DNA of 64,000 nucleotides from an uncultured SAR86 cluster bacterium (GTDB taxonomy: Bacteria; Pseudomonadota; Gammaproteobacteria; Magnimaribacterales; D2472). Position numbers and translations under genes: made by a program. The stretch covers positions 132,741 through 196,740 of the forward strand of contig CACOZT010000001.1 in NCBI GenBank assembly GCA_902631785.1. Direction: 5' to 3'. Below, piece after piece: positions 46,338 through 55,510 of this stretch; positions within the stretch are counted from its first letter, which is position 1, and every line of letters starts with the position of its first letter. A model generated the notes under the pieces. It searched no databases. It was not told the DNA's origin and saw nothing but the letters and a program-made list of their open reading frames with translations.

Positions 46338-47880
46338 TAAACCCTGGACCAGCTCTTACTATTTCAGGTTTTGCATTAAATTTATTGAAATTTTTCTGAA
46401 ATTTACCTATTAACTCTAAAAGATATTTTTCATATTCTTCTTTATCCTTCCAGGTATTGATTGGATTAAGTAATTTACTATCCACACCATCAACTGAAAT
46501 CGGTACTGATAAGTTTAATCCTGGAATAGTTATGGTTTCAACGTTATCAAGTTCGCCATCTTGTATGGCGTTAACTATCCTTCTTGTAGTGGGTATCTCA
46601 AATCTGGAACCTACTCCATAAGGCCCTCCTGTCCAACCGGTATTAACCAAGAAAACCTTAGAATTAAATCCCTCTATACGTTGCATTAAAAGATCTGCAT
46701 ATTCATTAGCAGGTCTTGGAAAAAATGGAGCTCCAAAGCATGTTGAAAAAGTTGACTCAATATCAGAGCCTGATCCAATTTCAGTTGATCCAACTTTTGC
46801 TGTGTAACCGCTCAAAAAATGATATGCAGCCGCTTCTTTTGTCAAAACTGAAACGGGAGGAATAAGACCTGTGAGATCGCAAGTTAAAAAAATAACCGTC
46901 TTGGGTTCTCCAGCTGCATTTTCTTCAACGGCATCATCAATGTGAGATCTTGGATAACAGCATCTACCATTTTCTGAAAGGCTAGTATTACTGTAATCTG
47001 GAGTACTGTCTTCATTTAAATAAACATTTTCTATAACACTACCATGTTTAATAGCTTTATAAATCACAGGCTCATTTTTCTCTGTTAAGTTAATTGTTTT
47101 GGCATAGCACCCACCTTCAAAATTAAAAACAGAGCCTTTACTCCATCCGTGTTCGTCATCTCCTATTAGTGAGCAATTTGGATCAGCTGAAAGCGTTGTT
47201 TTACCTGTACCTGATAGACCAAAAAACAGGGCTACATTTCCATTAGAATTAACATTAGCAGAACAATGCATTGGTAAAACGCCTTTTTCTGGGAGAAGAA
47301 AGTTCTGCACAGAAAACATTGATTTTTTCATTTCACCTGCATACTTCATGCCAGCAAGAATAACTTTCCTTTTTGCAAAGTTTATAATCACACAGCTTTC
47401 AGAATTTGTACCATCTTCTTCAGGAATACATACAAAATTTGAAGCGCTTAATATTTGCCATTCTTGTTTATTGGCTGGATTGTAATTTTCAGAGCATACA
47501 AATATAAGTCTTGCAAACAAAGAATGCCACGCTGTTTCTGTAGTAACTTTTACTGGTAAATAATGTTCATCATGTGATCCAACATGAACGTTAGAAATAT
47601 ATCTATTTTTTTCAGCTAAATATGCCTCGACTTTATTCCATAATGTATCAAACTTATTTTCATCAAAAGGCTTATTTATTTCACCCCAATCAATATGATT
47701 CTTTGTGCCTGCTTCTTCTACTATAAACCTATCATTTGGACTCCTTCCTGTTCTTTTTCCAGTGGATGTTGAAAAAGCACCATTGGAAGCAATAACACCT
47801 TCATTGTTTTTTACGGCTTCTTGTATGAGCTGTTCAGTGGTCAGATCTAACGCTTCTGTGGTATTGGATTGGCTGTTCAT
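46330..47880 (-). CDS. pckA: phosphoenolpyruvate carboxykinase (ATP)
   Basis: 516 aa. Kinase-1a motif [13 protein letters not shown]. PckA family throughout. Confidence 0.96.
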   Translation of the reverse strand: MNSQSNTTEALDLTTEQLIQEAVKNNEGVIASNGAFSTSTGKRTGRSPNDRFIVEEAGTKNHIDWGEINKPFDENKFDTLWNKVEAYLAEKNRYISNVHVGSHDEHYLPVKVTTETAWHSLFARLIFVCSENYNPANKQEWQILSASNFVCIPEEDGTNSESCVIINFAKRKVILAGMKYAGEMKKSMFSVQNFLLPEKGVLPMHCSANVNSNGNVALFFGLSGTGKTTLSADPNCSLIGDDEHGWSKGSVFNFEGGCYAKTINLTEKNEPVIYKAIKHGSVIENVYLNEDSTPDYSNTSLSENGRCCYPRSHIDDAVEENAAGEPKTVIFLTCDLTGLIPPVSVLTKEAAAYHFLSGYTAKVGSTEIGSGSDIESTFSTCFGAPFFPRPANEYADLLMQRIEGFNSKVFLVNTGWTGGPYGVGSRFEIPTTRRIVNAIQDGELDNVETITIPGLNLSVPISVDGVDSKLLNPINTWKDKEEYEKYLLELIGKFQKNFNKFNAKPEIVRAGPGFND

Positions 47881-47889
47881 GTTACTAAC

Positions 47890-47957
47890 AAATATTATAG
47901 GTACTTGGGGGGAATAATTATATATTTAGAGGTGATAATTATGTACCTATAATATTT
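47890..47957. repeat. perfect 15-bp inverted repeat (AAATATTATAGGTAC / GTACCTATAATATTT) with a 38-nt spacer, in the pckA leader
   Basis: Arms at 47890..47904 and 47943..47957, read directly from the sequence. The proximal arm ends 9 nt before the pckA ATG. Confidence 0.9.
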
Positions 47958-47993
47958 TATTCGTTAGCAATATTTAGAATTGTTATGTAGTGA

Positions 47994-48022
47994 ATTAAAT
48001 ATTTTTAGCTTACGGAAGTCAA
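47994..48022 (-). promoter_or_regulatory. candidate pckA promoter (TTGACT-N17-TTTAAT on the minus strand)
   Basis: Minus strand reads ttgact tccgtaagctaaaaata tttaat. This would give a roughly 105-nt leader containing the inverted repeat. Confidence 0.3.
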
Positions 48023-48086
48023 TGATTGTAAAATTAACTTTAAAATCAATGTTTTAAGAGTACAAATTATGTAGTTTTGCTACAAT

Positions 48087-48605
48087 TTATGTTAATTTAA
48101 TTAATCCTCTGTATTTAAAAATTGTAGCAATTAAGTAAATTGCAAAAAATATAAAACCATATTCTGCAAAATTAAAGACGAATCTCCAACCATCCTCAGC
48201 ACAGCTTGGACCGCCAGCAAGCGTTCTGGTGATAGCTTCAGTTAAACCAAAATAATCGACTTGAGCATGAAAAGGCATTCCACAACCTGATAGATTAGCC
48301 AACTCGTCTATTGACATGCTTTGGATATATATTTGTCTTGAAGTTACATACATCCCCATTAAGGATGAAGTAGAAATTAAGAGGGCACTTATAAACTGTT
48401 TTTTTATTAGATATCCTAGCAGGCCTGCAATTGCAACCAAACCGAAAACATACCTGGTGAGTATACATAATGCACAAGCCTGCAAATACATAAATTGATC
48501 CATTAAAATTGCTGCAAGAATTATTACTAAAGCTGAAAACATAACAGCAAGTTCAAAATAGTTTTGGAAAACGTTTTTAGTAATTAATGATATTTTTTTG
48601 TACAT
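48087..48605 (-). CDS. dsbB: disulfide bond formation protein B
   Basis: 172 aa, 4 TM. First periplasmic-loop CxxC (ACALCILTRY) and a second Cys pair in the large loop. Confidence 0.88.
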   Translation of the reverse strand: MYKKISLITKNVFQNYFELAVMFSALVIILAAILMDQFMYLQACALCILTRYVFGLVAIAGLLGYLIKKQFISALLISTSSLMGMYVTSRQIYIQSMSIDELANLSGCGMPFHAQVDYFGLTEAITRTLAGGPSCAEDGWRFVFNFAEYGFIFFAIYLIATIFKYRGLIKLT

Positions 48606-48668
48606 TTTTCTTTAATTTTTTCCATTATAGAAAAACAAGAGTCATAATACATTATATAAAAGCTAAAC

Positions 48669-51341
48669 ATGAAAAATAGAATTTTTGTCATAGATGGATC
48701 CTCATATTTATATAGAGCCTTCCACGCAATGCCTCCATTAAGCACTTCTAGCGGTCAGCCAACTGGCGCGGTAAAAGGCGTAACAAACATGCTGATGAAT
48801 TTAAAAAAAGACAGCGAGGGATCACCTATCATTGTTGTATTTGATGCAAAGGGAAAAACTTTCAGAAATGATATTTATTCAGAATATAAAGCTAATAGAC
48901 CTCCTATGCCCGATGAGCTCCGCTTGCAACTGGATCCGGTTAAGTCAATTTGTAAAGCTATAGGATTTCCTCTAGTGGAAATCGAAGGAGTTGAAGCTGA
49001 TGATGTAATAGCAACAATAGCCAGAATGGCAAAAGATGCTAAGTATAAATGTGTTGTCTCATCGTTAGATAAAGATTTAATGCAGTTAGTTGAGGATCCT
49101 GATACGACCTTGATGAATACTATGAAACATGAAATATTTGATGAAAAAAAAGTGTTTGAAAAGTTTGGTGTAAAACCCAATCAAATAAGAGATATGCTTG
49201 CTCTTGTTGGAGATTCATCAGACAACATCCCAGGCGTTCCAAAAGTAGGTCAAAAAACTGCTGCAAAATGGCTTAACGAATATAGCGATTTGGATGGAGT
49301 TATAAAAAATGCTGACTCGATAAAAGGTGTTGTTGGAGATAATTTAAGAAATAGCTTAAGTGAACTTGATAGAAATGTTGAGCTAGTTTCTCTAAAAGAA
49401 GACGTTGATTTAGGGGTAAAGTTTGAAGATCTTTTAACACTAAATCCAAACCAAAAAGAGTTAGACAAAATTTTTAACGAGTTAGAATTTGCGCCAATCA
49501 ATAAAGATAAAGATGATCAGGCTCCTAAAAAAAATGGAAAATATGAAACAGTTCTTAACAAGAAGGATCTGAACTCTTGGGTTAACAAAATAAAGAAGTC
49601 AAAAGCTTTTGCAATAGATACTGAAACAGATTCTGTCCAAACTGTTTCTGCCAACATGTTAGGAATATCTCTCTCAATAGAAGAAAACGAAGGTTGTTAT
49701 ATTCCAATTGGACATGACTATGAGGGCTGTCCAGAACAACTATCCATGGATGAAGTTATTAAGGTCCTAGGCCCTGTCATAGAAGAAAATCAAAATAAGA
49801 TTGTTGGGCAGAATCTAAAATTTGATATCCCAATATTATCAAGACATGGCATTAACATAACAAAGTTTTTGGCAGACACAATGTTAATGTCATATGTATT
49901 AAATAGTACAGCCACAAGACATGGTATGGATAGACTCGCTGATTATTATCTAAACTATACAACTACAAAATACACCGATGTAACTGGAACTGCCTCAAAA
50001 CAAATAAGTTTTGCCCAAGTTAAATTAGATGTAGCCACTGATTATGCTGCGGAGGATGCAGATATCACTCTAAGACTATATAACGTGTTATCTCCATTGC
50101 TAAAAGAAAAGCCCATTCAGAAAAAGTTACTCGAGGATCTTGAATATCCGCTCGTTCATGTTTTATCAAGAGTTGAGCAAAATGGTGCAAAAATTGATAA
50201 GAAAAAATTAGCCAACCATTCTAAGGAGTTGAGTGAAAAGATTGATGAATTATCTTCTGCAGCCTTTAAGATTGCTGGTGAAGAATTTAATTTAGATTCT
50301 CCAAAACAACTTTTAGAAATACTATATGAAAAATTAGGATTACCTGTACTGAAAAAAACACCAAAAGGTCAACCGTCGACAAATGAGGACACACTTCAAA
50401 GGTTATCTGAAGAATATGAATTGCCAAAAATTATTTTGCAATATAGGACGCTTGCAAAATTAAAGTCTACTTATACAGATAGTTTAATAAATATTGAAAA
50501 CCCTAAGACAAAAAGAATTCATACATCATATCAACAAGCCGTAACTTCAACTGGCAGGCTGTCATCTACTGAACCAAATTTACAAAATATACCTATAAAA
50601 ACTGCTGAAGGCAGAAGAATTAGAGAGGCTTTTGTTCCTGAGAAAGGCAATATATTAATATCAGCAGATTACTCTCAAATTGAACTTAGGATAATGGCTC
50701 ACCTTTCAGATGATAAAAATTTAACTAATGCATTTAATAATGATATTGACGTTCACTCTTCAACAGCGGCTGAGGTCTTTGGAGTTTCAATTGAAGATGT
50801 TTCTCAAGATCAAAGAAGAAGCGCTAAAGCGATTAATTTTGGGTTAATGTATGGAATGTCTGCTTTTGGATTAACAAGACAACTTGGAATTCCAAGAGGC
50901 GAAGCACAAGAATATTTAGATACATATTTTGCAAGATATACAGGTGTTAGGGATTATATGGAAAATATAAAAGCAAAAGCAAAGGAAGATAAGTTTGTTG
51001 AAACGATTATGGGTAGACGACTTTATTTAAATGAAATCAACGCAGCAAATGGTTTAAGAAGACAAGCAGCGGAAAGGGCTGCCATCAACGCTCCACTTCA
51101 AGGATCAGCAGCAGATATTATTAAGAAGGCTATGCTCGACATCGATCAGCTTTTACTAAATGAAATGCAAGAAGTAAAAATGATTATGCAGGTTCACGAT
51201 GAATTAGTTTTTGAGTGTCCAAAAGATAATGCTGATATGGTCATGCAAAAAATGAAAGACACTATGGAGAAAACTGTTAAATTAAATATTCCTCTAATAG
51301 CTGAAGCTGCTATTGGCCATAACTGGAATGAAGCTCATTAA
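48669..51341 (+). CDS. polA: DNA polymerase I
   Basis: 890 aa. 5'-3' exonuclease N-terminus (FVIDGSSYLYRAFHA), 3'-5' exonuclease domain (FAIDTETDS), polymerase motifs (DYSQIELR, QVHDELVFE). Confidence 0.97.
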   Translation: MKNRIFVIDGSSYLYRAFHAMPPLSTSSGQPTGAVKGVTNMLMNLKKDSEGSPIIVVFDAKGKTFRNDIYSEYKANRPPMPDELRLQLDPVKSICKAIGFPLVEIEGVEADDVIATIARMAKDAKYKCVVSSLDKDLMQLVEDPDTTLMNTMKHEIFDEKKVFEKFGVKPNQIRDMLALVGDSSDNIPGVPKVGQKTAAKWLNEYSDLDGVIKNADSIKGVVGDNLRNSLSELDRNVELVSLKEDVDLGVKFEDLLTLNPNQKELDKIFNELEFAPINKDKDDQAPKKNGKYETVLNKKDLNSWVNKIKKSKAFAIDTETDSVQTVSANMLGISLSIEENEGCYIPIGHDYEGCPEQLSMDEVIKVLGPVIEENQNKIVGQNLKFDIPILSRHGINITKFLADTMLMSYVLNSTATRHGMDRLADYYLNYTTTKYTDVTGTASKQISFAQVKLDVATDYAAEDADITLRLYNVLSPLLKEKPIQKKLLEDLEYPLVHVLSRVEQNGAKIDKKKLANHSKELSEKIDELSSAAFKIAGEEFNLDSPKQLLEILYEKLGLPVLKKTPKGQPSTNEDTLQRLSEEYELPKIILQYRTLAKLKSTYTDSLINIENPKTKRIHTSYQQAVTSTGRLSSTEPNLQNIPIKTAEGRRIREAFVPEKGNILISADYSQIELRIMAHLSDDKNLTNAFNNDIDVHSSTAAEVFGVSIEDVSQDQRRSAKAINFGLMYGMSAFGLTRQLGIPRGEAQEYLDTYFARYTGVRDYMENIKAKAKEDKFVETIMGRRLYLNEINAANGLRRQAAERAAINAPLQGSAADIIKKAMLDIDQLLLNEMQEVKMIMQVHDELVFECPKDNADMVMQKMKDTMEKTVKLNIPLIAEAAIGHNWNEAH

Positions 51342-51350
51342 CCTGATATA

Positions 51351-52256
51351 TCACTTAATACTATCAATGAATTCCTGAGCAACCTCTCTTTCTATACCAG
51401 ATGCAAAAAAATGACCACCAGAATATTTCCTAACTATTGGACTTTGATATTTTTTAATTGTTTCTTCAACAAGCTTAGAATCTATTTCAGTATCATCTTC
51501 TGCATATGCAAAATAACTTGGTATAGATTTATTTCCGATAATACTATGATCTTCAAGCCTATTTCCTGTGGCATTGCCTAAAAAGAATTTTTTAAAAAAT
51601 TTTTCAGTTCCTTTCACATTAAATTGTCCAATGTAATGATCTAGTAGTTTTTTACTCATTAAATCTTCATATTCCTCTATTCTTTTTAAGACACTAGGAA
51701 CTAAAAATCCTCTTATTAATAAGTCACCATATAAAGGAATCTTTACTATTGATAGCAGTGGTATATTTGCAGAATTAATAAGTGGAACTTGGTAACCAAT
51801 GAAACTAATGTTTTCTGGATTATTTGCAGAATATTTAGCTACAACTGCAGCACCAAAAGAGACACCATATAATATTACATCTTCAACTTTACAATGCTCA
51901 ATCAGCTCTTTAAGTTGTCTTTCCATAAGCTCAATGCTTACGTTACTATTTATTCTATCTGAATAACCTCTACCATATTGATCATAGGTTATTACTCTAT
52001 AATTATTTTTAATAAAGACATTTACATATTCCTCATATGCCAGTGATCCAAAAGTGGCACCATGAACCAAAACAATAACTTTGTTATTTTTATCTCCAAT
52101 GTCTTTATAAGAGGTTATACCATCACTTAACCTAACTTCTTCATATCCAGAGTCTAATCTAAATTCATTTATATCAATGTTTTCTCTATCAAGAGCGAGA
52201 TACAAGCAAACTGGAATAAGAATAAATATTGATAAAAGAAAAAAAATTCGTTTCAA
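51351..52256 (-). CDS. membrane-anchored alpha/beta hydrolase
   Basis: 301 aa. N-terminal TM. Oxyanion LVHGATF, nucleophile elbow GVSFGA, candidate Asp (EDDTEID) and His (SGGHFF). Confidence 0.8.
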   Translation of the reverse strand: MKRIFFLLSIFILIPVCLYLALDRENIDINEFRLDSGYEEVRLSDGITSYKDIGDKNNKVIVLVHGATFGSLAYEEYVNVFIKNNYRVITYDQYGRGYSDRINSNVSIELMERQLKELIEHCKVEDVILYGVSFGAAVVAKYSANNPENISFIGYQVPLINSANIPLLSIVKIPLYGDLLIRGFLVPSVLKRIEEYEDLMSKKLLDHYIGQFNVKGTEKFFKKFFLGNATGNRLEDHSIIGNKSIPSYFAYAEDDTEIDSKLVEETIKKYQSPIVRKYSGGHFFASGIEREVAQEFIDSIK

Positions 52257-52760
52257 TTAATTAGCTCTTTCTAATGGAATGTAATTCATTTCCTCAGGAA
52301 GAAGAACTTTGATGCCATGAATTTCTCTTAGATCTGAAACTTTCATTGAAAGATACTCCTCGGGCATTTTAAATGGCCATTTCTTTTTCATTTTTAAAGC
52401 TCTAAACATCACTTTTCTTTTAATTCCACCAAGTTTCCATAGAATTTTAATTATTCCAAAATATCCTATTTCTTTTATTAAGTCTTTATATAGTTGCTTT
52501 ATCTGAGGGAGCTTTTGATAGCCTAATATATATTTCAGTTCCCATTTACTGCCCCATAATACCCAGGTATCAAGAATAGACTCTTGCTCTAGAGATATAT
52601 CCAGCCCAAAAATTACATGAGTACAGTCATGATCTCTTAAAAGAGTTCCAGAATCCTTATTATCTTCAAATATTTCTTTAGTATCAGGGAAAGAATTGTA
52701 GTAACACTCTAGAGCTTCTTGCAAAGTAAGGTCACAGTTTTGATTCTGATAATCTAACAT
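52257..52760 (-). CDS. hypothetical protein with Coq4-like HDxxH-x11-E motif
   Basis: 167 aa. Contains DHDCTHVIFGLDISLEQES, which fits HDxxH followed by 11 residues and then E, the metal-ligand pattern described for the Coq4 family. The gene itself is confident. The family assignment is only a motif match made by eye and is much weaker, about 0.3. Confidence 0.75.
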   Translation of the reverse strand: MLDYQNQNCDLTLQEALECYYNSFPDTKEIFEDNKDSGTLLRDHDCTHVIFGLDISLEQESILDTWVLWGSKWELKYILGYQKLPQIKQLYKDLIKEIGYFGIIKILWKLGGIKRKVMFRALKMKKKWPFKMPEEYLSMKVSDLREIHGIKVLLPEEMNYIPLERAN

Positions 52761-53341
52761 TATGGAATAAATTTTAATATTTCAGCAGAAAATTTGTCAA
52801 AACCTGTTCCATTTTGAGACGAAATAGCCAAAGCATCTACTTCGTGAATTTTAGTTTTAACATTTTTAATAGTAGTTGTAATTTTATTATTTGATAATTT
52901 ATCGCTTTTTGTAAGAACCGGTAGAAAAGGAACCTTGAAATCTCTGCAAAGCTGAATCATGTCCCAGTCGCTTTCTTTCAGGGGATGACGAATATCCATA
53001 AATATAATGACTGCGGTGAGAGCTTGTCGTTTTTGAAAGTATTGTCCTATCAATGGTCCCCAGTCTTGTTTTTTTGCCTTACTAGATTTTGCAAACCCAT
53101 ATCCAGGTAAATCCAAAAGCTTCAAATTTTCATTTACTTTAAAAAAATTAATTTCAGTAGTTCTTCCTGGAGTCTTACTTATTCTTGCTAATTTAGAATT
53201 ATCAGTAAGAGCATTTAATGCACTAGATTTTCCTGCATTCGATCTTCCTGCTAGCAAAATTTCATAGCCAATATCTTCAGGGAGATTTTTATATTTTGTT
53301 ACCCCAAAAACAAATTCAGTATTTTTAAAAAGGTTTTTCAT
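52760..53341 (-). CDS. engB: ribosome biogenesis GTP-binding protein YihA/EngB
   Basis: 193 aa. G1 GRSNAGKSSALN, G3 DLPGYG, G4 TKSDK. Confidence 0.94.
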   Translation of the reverse strand: MKNLFKNTEFVFGVTKYKNLPEDIGYEILLAGRSNAGKSSALNALTDNSKLARISKTPGRTTEINFFKVNENLKLLDLPGYGFAKSSKAKKQDWGPLIGQYFQKRQALTAVIIFMDIRHPLKESDWDMIQLCRDFKVPFLPVLTKSDKLSNNKITTTIKNVKTKIHEVDALAISSQNGTGFDKFSAEILKFIP

Positions 53342-53410
53342 TTAATCGTTTATATCATATCAACCTAGGTTTATAATACACTCCTGTAAAACACACATTT
53401 ATATTTTTCA

Positions 53411-54076
53411 ATGAAGTATTCATTACTCTATTTTATTTTTTTAGCACTATCTTTGGGTATAAGTGCTGCTGATGATAAAACTAAAAAAATTGAAATGCCA
53501 GAAACATTTATTTCCGGAGATGCCGATAGAGGAGCTCAATTGGTAGACTCTTGTGCTGCATGTCATGGAGCTGATGGTAACAGCATAAGTAGTGATTGGC
53601 CGAAACTCTCAGGGCAAAACCAAAAGTATTTATACGAACAGTTAAAGTATTTTAGAGATGGAGCGAGAATGAATGCTTTAATGATGTCGGTTACACCATA
53701 TCTGCAAACACTTAATGATGAAGATTTGAAACACATAGCTGCGTATTATTCAAAGTATAATAGTACTACTGGTCAAGCCAAAAACGATCAAGAGCTTTTA
53801 GATCTTGGCACACAGTTGTATAGATTTGGAAATATAAAAAAACAGATTCCTGCATGCACTTCATGTCATGCTGTTTATGGTCAGGGCAATAGTTTAGCAG
53901 GATATCCTTCTGTGGCTGGCCAACAAGTTGGCTATTTAACATCATCGTTAAAAGCATATAGATCAAAAGAAAGAAATGCTGGAGAATCATCAATAGTAAT
54001 GCAATCAATAGCTGCTAATCTTTCTGATTATGAAATAGACGCGTTAGCAAATTACATGCACGGACTTTATCAATGA
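53411..54076 (+). CDS. dihaem cytochrome c4
   Basis: 221 aa. Signal peptide. Two CxxCH motifs (CAACH, CTSCH), each with a downstream Met region. engB/c4/dsbA synteny as in Pseudomonas. Confidence 0.9.
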   Translation: MKYSLLYFIFLALSLGISAADDKTKKIEMPETFISGDADRGAQLVDSCAACHGADGNSISSDWPKLSGQNQKYLYEQLKYFRDGARMNALMMSVTPYLQTLNDEDLKHIAAYYSKYNSTTGQAKNDQELLDLGTQLYRFGNIKKQIPACTSCHAVYGQGNSLAGYPSVAGQQVGYLTSSLKAYRSKERNAGESSIVMQSIAANLSDYEIDALANYMHGLYQ

Positions 54077-54693
54077 GCAATAAATTATTAAACATATTTA
54101 CAATTTTAGTTTTTACTTCATCCATATTTATCAATGCTGAGTACAGACTCGGTGTAGATTATAGAATGGTTGATAATCCACTTCCTGTAAAAAAAGATGG
54201 TGTTGTTGAGGTTATGGAAACCTTCTGGTACGGATGTAATGCTTGTTATCAGTTTGATCCAGTTGTTAACAAATGGGCATCAAACCAAGGCGACGATATT
54301 AAATTTACAAAAATGCCTGTTACATGGAGCAAGATTCATCAGGAACATGCTAAGTTATATTACGCCGTTGAGGCTTTGAAACTTGACCCCTCAACACATT
54401 CAGCAGTTTTTGTAACAATGCATAAGGAAGGAAATTTCTTGCCAAATACTAAAGCAATTCAAGAATTTTTGGAGAGGTTCGGAGTTGCTCAGGAAGTTTC
54501 AATCAAATACTTAAATTCATTTACTGTAAAACAGCAGGTAAGCAGAGCATCTAAACAAGCAAGACAACTTAGAGTATCCTCAACGCCTATGATGATAGTA
54601 GATGGTAAATATATTATTGAATCTAGAGGCTCATATGAGAAGATAATGAAAGTTGTTGATCATGTGGTAGAACTGCAAAGGCCTAATTCTTAA
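54073..54693 (+). CDS. dsbA: thiol:disulfide interchange protein DsbA
   Basis: 206 aa. Signal peptide. Active site FWYGCNACYQF. Conserved cis-Pro region (STPMMIV). Confidence 0.9.
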   Translation: MSNKLLNIFTILVFTSSIFINAEYRLGVDYRMVDNPLPVKKDGVVEVMETFWYGCNACYQFDPVVNKWASNQGDDIKFTKMPVTWSKIHQEHAKLYYAVEALKLDPSTHSAVFVTMHKEGNFLPNTKAIQEFLERFGVAQEVSIKYLNSFTVKQQVSRASKQARQLRVSSTPMMIVDGKYIIESRGSYEKIMKVVDHVVELQRPNS

Positions 54694-54698
54694 AAGAT

Positions 54699-55283
54699 AT
54701 GAAATTTAGTAAATTCTTATTAATTACGTTGTGCTTTTTATTTCTATTTAATGGAAAGAAATATGAACAAGCTGTTATTGAGAGATTGTCCGTACCAGTT
54801 AAAGTTTGTCTTGAAGGACAAGATTGTGGAAGCACAGCGCAAGCGTCTATGTCTGTTGCAGCGGCCCCAGTTGCTGCAAAAAAGGTTGAGCTTTCAGAGG
54901 GATCAGAACATACAGTAAAAATGTTGAATTCTGGTGATGGAGGGCAAATGATCTTTGAACCGGCTGTATTGAAAGTATCTGTAGGTGACACAATTCATTT
55001 TAAAGCTGCTGACATGTCTCATAATTCTGCAAGCATAGATGGAATGCTTCCTGATGGTGCAGAATCATGGTCTGGTCAAATGAATACTGACATCAGTGTC
55101 ACTTTAAATACTGAAGGTGTTTATGTTTATCAATGCGATCCACATGTAATGATGGCAATGATTGGTGTTATTCAAGTTGGTGAAGCAGTGAACATGAATG
55201 AGATTAAAACAGCATCAAACAATCTTAAATCATCGTTTGTAATGAATGCTGAAAGAATTGATACATATTTAAGCCAACTTTAA
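54699..55283 (+). CDS. pseudoazurin-type blue copper protein with extended N-terminal anchor/linker
   Basis: 194 aa. The core aligns by eye to pseudoazurin (VKMLNSG..MIFEPAVLKV..GDTIHF...SHN...YVYQCDPHVMMAMIGVIQVG). Cu ligands His (SHN) and Cys-x2-His-x4-Met are present. About 70 extra N-terminal residues. Confidence 0.85.
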   Translation: MKFSKFLLITLCFLFLFNGKKYEQAVIERLSVPVKVCLEGQDCGSTAQASMSVAAAPVAAKKVELSEGSEHTVKMLNSGDGGQMIFEPAVLKVSVGDTIHFKAADMSHNSASIDGMLPDGAESWSGQMNTDISVTLNTEGVYVYQCDPHVMMAMIGVIQVGEAVNMNEIKTASNNLKSSFVMNAERIDTYLSQL

Positions 55284-55510
55284 TTTTTTTCTAAGTCAGA
55301 AATCCTTTTCTCAAGGTTATCAATTATTCTTTTAAGATTTTCATATTTTTCTTTTTTAACATAGCCGCTTTGCTCAACAATTTTTTCAACTTTTGGATGT
55401 ATGTTATTTTCAATATTTTTAAAGGCATCTTTTGGAATCAATGCGCTAAAAATTTTGAGCTCTTTCTCAATAATACTTTTAAGTGCTTCAGCTAAATCTT
55501 TATCTTTCAT
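55280..55510 (-). CDS. ubiK: UbiK/YqiC-family (BMFP) coiled-coil protein
   Basis: 76 aa. The C-terminal part YVKKEKYENLKRIIDNLEKRISDLEK parallels E. coli YqiC (...LVSREEFD...LEQRISELE). Confidence 0.5.
   Translation of the reverse strand: MKDKDLAEALKSIIEKELKIFSALIPKDAFKNIENNIHPKVEKIVEQSGYVKKEKYENLKRIIDNLEKRISDLEKN

Noticed and set aside
47941-47952. Plus-strand mini-ORF ATG-TAC-CTA-TAA (M-Y-L) preceded by a near-perfect SD (AGAGGTGAT) at optimal spacing
   Set aside because: It has three codons only and lies on the strand opposite to both neighbours. No downstream plus-strand gene follows before polA, and the intervening region is antisense to dsbB. The SD-like string is more economically read as an anti-SD-like loop of the pckA leader hairpin (see findings).
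48077-48130. 12-bp perfect inverted repeat (TTGCTACAATTT / AAATTGTAGCAA, 30-nt loop) spanning the dsbB stop codon; possible terminator
   Set aside because: My rough estimate is that about one 12-bp inverted repeat within 60 nt is expected by chance in 64 kb at this composition. One arm lies inside coding sequence, the loop is long, and no U-tract follows on the dsbB-sense strand.
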